DNA from: Myxococcota bacterium
GTDB lineage: Bacteria > Myxococcota_A > UBA9160 > SZUA-336
NCBI GenBank assembly: GCA_044450765.1
Contig: JBIOJK010000002.1
Location: 4,281 to 68,280 of the forward strand
Length of the DNA: 64,000 nucleotides
Reading direction: 5' to 3'
A program made the position numbers and the translations under genes. Each line of letters starts with the position of its first letter. Position 1 is the stretch's first letter. The notes under the pieces were generated by a model that searched no databases, was not told the DNA's origin, and worked only from the letters and a program-made list of their open reading frames with translations. Shown here in pieces: positions 59,332-64,000 of the stretch.

Positions 59332-60647
59332 GCCCCGCCTCCCGCCGCGTCGGGCAGCGCCTGCGCGAGCTCCGCGAAGCGCCGGCCCCGGTCCTCGAAG
59401 CTCTTGAACTGGTCGAAGCTGGCGCAGGCCGGCGCGAGCAGCACGACGTCGCCCGGCCGCGCGCTCACAGCGGCGCGAGTGACCGCCTCGGCGAGAGTCT
59501 CGACGCGCGCCACCGCGCACGCGCGCGCCAGTGCGCGCTCCAGGTCGGCGGCGGACTCACCGTACACGATCGCCGCTCGCACTCCCGCGCGGCGCGCGGC
59601 GTCGGCGAGCGGCGCGAAGTCGAGCCCCTTGTTGCGGCCGCCCGCGAGCCACACCACGGGCACCGTCTGCGCGAGCAGGCTCGCGACGGCTGCCGCGGGA
59701 TTGGTCGCTTTCGAGTCATCGACGTAGCGCACGCCGCCGCGCACGCACACGTCGCGCACGCGGTGCGGCAGACCCTCGAAGCGCTCGAGCGCGGCGCGAA
59801 TCGCGTCGGGGCCGGCGCCCGCGAGCGAGGCCGCCAGCGCCGCGGCCAGCGCGTTGGCGACCGGTCGCCGCGCGGCCGCGGAGAGCGCGCCCTGTGGCAC
59901 GCGCAGCGCGATGCCGCCGTCGCGCACCAGTACGACGTCCTTGCCGTCGAGACAGGCGCCCGAGGCGAGTCGCTCCTCGGTCGAGAACTCGAGCACGCGC
60001 GCGGGCGCCGACTTTCCCACCGCGTGCGCCCACGGATCGTCGCGGTTCACCACGAGCCACGACTCGGGCCGCTGCAGCCGAGCAAGCCGCGCCTTCGCGG
60101 CGCCGTAGGCCGCGAGGGTGCCGTGCCGATCCAGGTGATCCGGCGCGAGATTCAGCAACACGGCGACGTCCGCGTGCAGCTTGCTCGCGTGCTCGAGCTG
60201 GAAGCTCGAGAGCTCGGCGACGATGCGCGTGTGCCCGCGCCCGACCAGCGCGCACAGGGCGGTGCCGAGATTCCCGCCGACCCCCGTGTCGAAGCCGCTG
60301 GCGCGCAGCATCTCGCCGACCAGCACGGTCGTCGTGCTCTTCCCGTTCGAGCCGGTGACTCCCACGAGCGGCGCGTCGAGAAACTCGGCCGCGAGATCGA
60401 CTTCCGGGACCAGCTTCGGGTGCGGCGCCAACGGCACCCCCGGGCTCGCCACCACCGCGTCGAAGCGCGCGAAGTCGGGCGCGGCCGGGCCCGACAGAGC
60501 CTCGACCCCGGCCGCCAGGTCGCGCAGCGCCTCGGGGCTGCGGTCGTAGGCCGAGACCACGGCGCCCGCGCGCGACAACAGCTCCAGCGCCGCGCGTCCC
60601 GAACGCGCGAGCCCCAGCACGAGAACGTGTCTTCCCGAGTAACTCAT
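59325..60647 (-). CDS. murD: UDP-N-acetylmuramoylalanine--D-glutamate ligase
   Basis: VLVLGLARSGRA and GVTGSNGKSTTT. Confidence 0.95.
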   Translation of the reverse strand: MSYSGRHVLVLGLARSGRAALELLSRAGAVVSAYDRSPEALRDLAAGVEALSGPAAPDFARFDAVVASPGVPLAPHPKLVPEVDLAAEFLDAPLVGVTGSNGKSTTTVLVGEMLRASGFDTGVGGNLGTALCALVGRGHTRIVAELSSFQLEHASKLHADVAVLLNLAPDHLDRHGTLAAYGAAKARLARLQRPESWLVVNRDDPWAHAVGKSAPARVLEFSTEERLASGACLDGKDVVLVRDGGIALRVPQGALSAAARRPVANALAAALAASLAGAGPDAIRAALERFEGLPHRVRDVCVRGGVRYVDDSKATNPAAAVASLLAQTVPVVWLAGGRNKGLDFAPLADAARRAGVRAAIVYGESAADLERALARACAVARVETLAEAVTRAAVSARPGDVVLLAPACASFDQFKSFEDRGRRFAELAQALPDAAGGGAC

Positions 60648-61723
60648 CGCAGCTTGAGCAGAGAAATCGCGACCAAACCCAGGATCACCGAGATGATCCA
60701 GAAACGGACGATGATCTGCGGCTCCGGCCAGCCGCGCAGCTCGTAGTGGTGATGGATCGGCGCCATGCGGAAGACGCGCTTGCCGCGCGTCTTGAACGAG
60801 GCGACCTGGATCATCACCGAGAACATCTCGACCAGAAACAGGCCGCCCGCGACGACCAGCACCAGCTCCTGCCGGATGATGATCGCGACCGTCGAGAGCG
60901 CGCCGCCGAGCGCCAGCGCGCCGGTGTCTCCCATGAACACCGACGCCGGGTACGTGTTGTACCAGAGGAAGCCGAGCCCCGAGCCCATCAGCGACGAGCA
61001 GAAGATCGCGAGCGTGCCCGCGCCGGGCACGTGCTTCAGCTCGAGATAGTTCGCGATCACCGCGTTGCCGACGACGTAGCTGAACAGCCCGATCACTCCG
61101 GACGTGATCATCGTCGGGCCGATCGCCAGGCCGTCCAGGCCGTCGGTCAGATTCACCGCGTTCGAGAAGCCCACGATGAAGACCACCGACAGCGGCACAT
61201 AGAGCCAGCCGATCGACGGGTGGAAGCCCTTCACGAGCGGCAGCGAGATCGCGGCGTCGAAGCCGGGGAGAGAGTAGAGCCACACCCCCGCGACGCCCGC
61301 GACCGCGCACTGACCGAGAAACTTGGCGCGCGCACTGATGCCCTTGGGGTTCTTCAGGATCGCTTTGCGGTAGTCGTCGACGAACCCGATCGCGCCGCAG
61401 CCCAGGGTCACGAACAGCACGATCCACACGAACGCGTTGGTCCACTCCGCCCAGAGCAGCGTGCTGGTGACCACCGCGAACAGGATCAAGGTGCCGCCCA
61501 TCGTCGGCGTGCCGCGCTTCGACTGGTGCCGGTCGGGCGTGTCTTCGCGGATCGTCTGGCCGATCTGGCGACTCTCGAGCCAGCGAATCAGCGCGGGCCC
61601 GGCGATGAACGCGATCAAGAGCGCCGTGAGCGCTGCGCCGACGCTGCGGAACGTGAGATAGCGGAAGACGTTGAAGGCCGAGACCTGGGGCGAGAGCAGC
61701 TCGTAGAACAGGTGGTACAGCAT
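60644..61723 (-). CDS. mraY: Phospho-N-acetylmuramoyl-pentapeptide transferase
   Basis: KRGTPTMGG, NAVNLTDGLDGLA and HHHYE. Confidence 0.97.
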   Translation of the reverse strand: MLYHLFYELLSPQVSAFNVFRYLTFRSVGAALTALLIAFIAGPALIRWLESRQIGQTIREDTPDRHQSKRGTPTMGGTLILFAVVTSTLLWAEWTNAFVWIVLFVTLGCGAIGFVDDYRKAILKNPKGISARAKFLGQCAVAGVAGVWLYSLPGFDAAISLPLVKGFHPSIGWLYVPLSVVFIVGFSNAVNLTDGLDGLAIGPTMITSGVIGLFSYVVGNAVIANYLELKHVPGAGTLAIFCSSLMGSGLGFLWYNTYPASVFMGDTGALALGGALSTVAIIIRQELVLVVAGGLFLVEMFSVMIQVASFKTRGKRVFRMAPIHHHYELRGWPEPQIIVRFWIISVILGLVAISLLKLR

Positions 61724-63105
61724 CAGCAGGTCTCCGCGAGCAGCTTCACGACCCGCTCGAGCTTCATGCCGTGCGAGCCCTTCACGAGCACCGTATCGCC
61801 GGAGCGGGCGTTCGCGCGCACGAGCGCGGCCGCTTGCTCCGCGCCGTCGGTTTCCAGCACGCGAGGGAGTCCCGCCGAGCGCGCGCCGGCAGCGGTGTTC
61901 GCCGAGAGCGCGCCGACCGCCACGAGTACGTCGACACCCGCCGTCGCGGCGCGCCGACCCACGTCGGCGTGCAGGAGCGCGGCGCCCTCGCCGAGCTCGA
62001 ACATGTCGCCGAGCACCGCGATCGCGCGGCCGCCGCCGCGCAGCTCGGCGAGTGTCTCGAGCGCGCGCGCCACGGAGTGCGGATTCGCGTTGTAGCTGTC
62101 GTCGATCACGAGCATTCCCCCGGGCGTGCGCACGAGCGCGACCCGGCCAGGAACGCCGCTGAAGCCCTCGAGCCCGTTCCGGATCGCGTCGAGCGGCCGC
62201 GCGCCGAGCAGGCCGGTCGCGTGCGCCGCGGCTGCGGCGCAGAGTCCGTCGTCGACGAGGTGCAGGCCGGGCGCGCTCATGCGGATCCGCGTCTCCCCCG
62301 CGGGACACGCGAGTGTGTAGAGCGCGGCGCCGTTCTCGACGCGCTCGACGCGCGCTCGGAAGTCCGCCGGCGCGCGCAGCGCGAAGCGCAGCTTCCGGCC
62401 CGCGAAACGCGCCGACTGCGCGACACAGTTCGCGTCGTCTGCGTTCACGATCGCGGTCGCGCCGGCGCGCATGCGCGCGAACAGCTCTCCCTTCGCCGCC
62501 GCGATCGCCTCGAGCGAGCCGAGCAGCCCGAGGTGCGCGGGCGCGACGTTGGTAATGGCGCCGACCGTGGGATCCGCGATGCGCGTGAGTGCGTCGATCT
62601 CGCCCGCATGATTCATGCCCAGCTCGACGACGAGCGCCTCGTCGTCGGCGGCCAGGCCCAGGATCGAGAGCGGCAGGCCGATGTGATTGTTCAGATTCCC
62701 CGGCGTGCGGCGCACGCGGCGCCCGGACGCTTCGAGCACGCGCGCGCACAGCTCCTTCGTGGTGGTCTTGCCGTTCGAGCCGGTGATCGCGACGACCGGG
62801 CCGGTGAAGCGCGCGCGGTGCGCGCGCGCGAGCTCGCCGAGCGCAATCACCGTGTCGCTCACCACGATCGCCGCGACGCCGAGCGACGGATCGGGCGCGC
62901 GCCCGACCATGACCGCCGCGGCGCCCAGCCGAGCGGCCTCGGGCACGAAGTCGTGGCCGTCGAAGCTCTCGCCGCGAATCGCCACGAAGAGCGAGCCCGG
63001 AGGCAGCGCGCGCGAGTCGGTCGAGACACTCGTGACCTCGCGCTCGGCCGGGCCGAGCAGGGTTCCTCCGCAGTTGCGCGCGAGCTCGCCGAGCCGCCAG
63101 CTCAC
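61723..63105 (-). CDS. murF: UDP-N-acetylmuramoyl-tripeptide--D-alanyl-D-alanine ligase
   Basis: ITGSNGKTTTKE and DDSYNANP. Confidence 0.95.
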   Translation of the reverse strand: MSWRLGELARNCGGTLLGPAEREVTSVSTDSRALPPGSLFVAIRGESFDGHDFVPEAARLGAAAVMVGRAPDPSLGVAAIVVSDTVIALGELARAHRARFTGPVVAITGSNGKTTTKELCARVLEASGRRVRRTPGNLNNHIGLPLSILGLAADDEALVVELGMNHAGEIDALTRIADPTVGAITNVAPAHLGLLGSLEAIAAAKGELFARMRAGATAIVNADDANCVAQSARFAGRKLRFALRAPADFRARVERVENGAALYTLACPAGETRIRMSAPGLHLVDDGLCAAAAAHATGLLGARPLDAIRNGLEGFSGVPGRVALVRTPGGMLVIDDSYNANPHSVARALETLAELRGGGRAIAVLGDMFELGEGAALLHADVGRRAATAGVDVLVAVGALSANTAAGARSAGLPRVLETDGAEQAAALVRANARSGDTVLVKGSHGMKLERVVKLLAETC

Positions 63106-63998
63106 GCCGCGCCTCGCGCGCGAAGCGCGCGCAGCGCCTCTTCGCGGTCGTCGAAGTGCCGCTTCTCGCGCCCGACGATCTGGTAGTCCTCGTGACCCTT
63201 GCCGGCGATCACGACACAGTCGTCGCGGCGCGCGCCGGCGATCGCGCGCGCGATCGCCGCGCGCCGGTCGGCGATCACCTCGTGCGCACCCGACAGTCCG
63301 ACCGCGACGTCGCGCAGGATCGCGTCCGCGTCTTCCGTGCGCGGGTTGTCGCTGGTCGCGATCACGAAGTCCGCGTTCGCGCAGGCGGCGCGCGCCATCG
63401 GCGCGCGCTTGGTCTTGTCGCGGTCACCGCCGCAGCCGAAGACCGCGATCAGCTGGCCGCGCACGAGCGGCCGCACGCGCGAGAGCATGCGCTCCAGTGA
63501 GCTCGCGGTGTGCGCGTAGTCGACGAGCACGACCGGCGGCTCACTGCCCACGCGCTCGAGGCGCCCGGGAATCGGCGGGCACGACTCGAGCCCGCGCTTC
63601 ACCGCGTCCCACGAGATGCCGAGCGCGCGCCCGACGGCGATCGCGGCGAGCGCGTTGTCGATCTGGAAGTCGCCGGGCAGCGGAAGATCGAGCTCGATCT
63701 CGGCGTCGGGCCCGCGCACGCGCAGGCGTGAGTGCGCCAGCTCGACGTGCTCCTCGACGCTGGTGAAGTCCGCATGCGCCTGCGGCCCGCGGCCGTAGGT
63801 CACGACCGAGCTGCCGCCCTTGCGCGCGATCTCCGCGAGCCTCGGCGTCCACGGGTCGGACGCGTTCAGCACCGCGGTGCCGGCGAGCAGCTCGGGCGCG
63901 AACAGGAGCGACTTCGCGCGGCCGTAGCTCTCGAGGTCGCCGTGGAAATCCAGGTGATCGCTCGCGAGCTGCGTGAACACGGCGACCGCGAAGCGCAA
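63102..63998 (-). CDS. murE: UDP-N-acetylmuramoyl-L-alanyl-D-glutamate--2,6-diaminopimelate ligase, C-terminal part; 5' end outside the window
   Basis: DYAHT and CGGDRDKTKRP motifs, with DNPR consistent with the meso-DAP type. ORF runs off the window end. Confidence 0.9.
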   Translation of the reverse strand: MRFAVAVFTQLASDHLDFHGDLESYGRAKSLLFAPELLAGTAVLNASDPWTPRLAEIARKGGSSVVTYGRGPQAHADFTSVEEHVELAHSRLRVRGPDAEIELDLPLPGDFQIDNALAAIAVGRALGISWDAVKRGLESCPPIPGRLERVGSEPPVVLVDYAHTASSLERMLSRVRPLVRGQLIAVFGCGGDRDKTKRAPMARAACANADFVIATSDNPRTEDADAILRDVAVGLSGAHEVIADRRAAIARAIAGARRDDCVVIAGKGHEDYQIVGREKRHFDDREEALRALRARGAA

Positions 63999-64000
63999 GC

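Overview
High-GC (roughly 70% by eye) bacterial chromosomal segment, densely coding with about 60 CDS. I recognised no rRNA, tRNA, CRISPR array, transposase, integrase or phage gene. It reads as core chromosome rather than an accessory island. Left to right: a partial PQQ-type sugar dehydrogenase, a PEP-CTERM protein, an acyl-CoA synthetase, an amidohydrolase and thrH. A TCA block follows (icd, mdh, sucC, sucD) with a PfkB kinase. Next come a PilF/PilW-like TPR lipoprotein with a short RodZ-like HTH protein, recO and ppdK. An ECF sigma cluster follows, containing a kinase-like/pseudo-hydrolase fusion. Then E. coli-type frdABCD, a CoA-transferase, a YdeP-like molybdoenzyme translationally coupled to a Zn-ribbon/cyclase/STAND/TPR protein, and feoAB with a Fur-box-like site. 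On the minus strand lies a recQ, IMPase, DEDDh-exonuclease operon. After it come an RHH protein, a YfhL ferredoxin and a TetR plus diiron-oxygenase pair. Two MoxR/RavA-class AAA+ genes (one fused to vWA) precede a form-II coxSLMG cluster and a MocA-like gene. The window ends with ndk, a large MMPL/RND transporter and the dcw cluster (murE through ftsZ, minus strand). I see no canonical defence or mobile system. The most unusual signal is at the DNA level: a 9-bp palindrome GAGTSACTC occurs at least 17 times inside genes, in all three frames, spelled with otherwise rare codons. Other items worth a second look are the AAA+/vWA pair with a triplicated repeat at its junction, the cyclase-STAND protein coupled to YdeP, the Arg-tract RecQ operon, the TetR/diiron module and the pseudo-hydrolase fusion. 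All calls come from reading the ORF translations and the sequence by eye. No searches were run.
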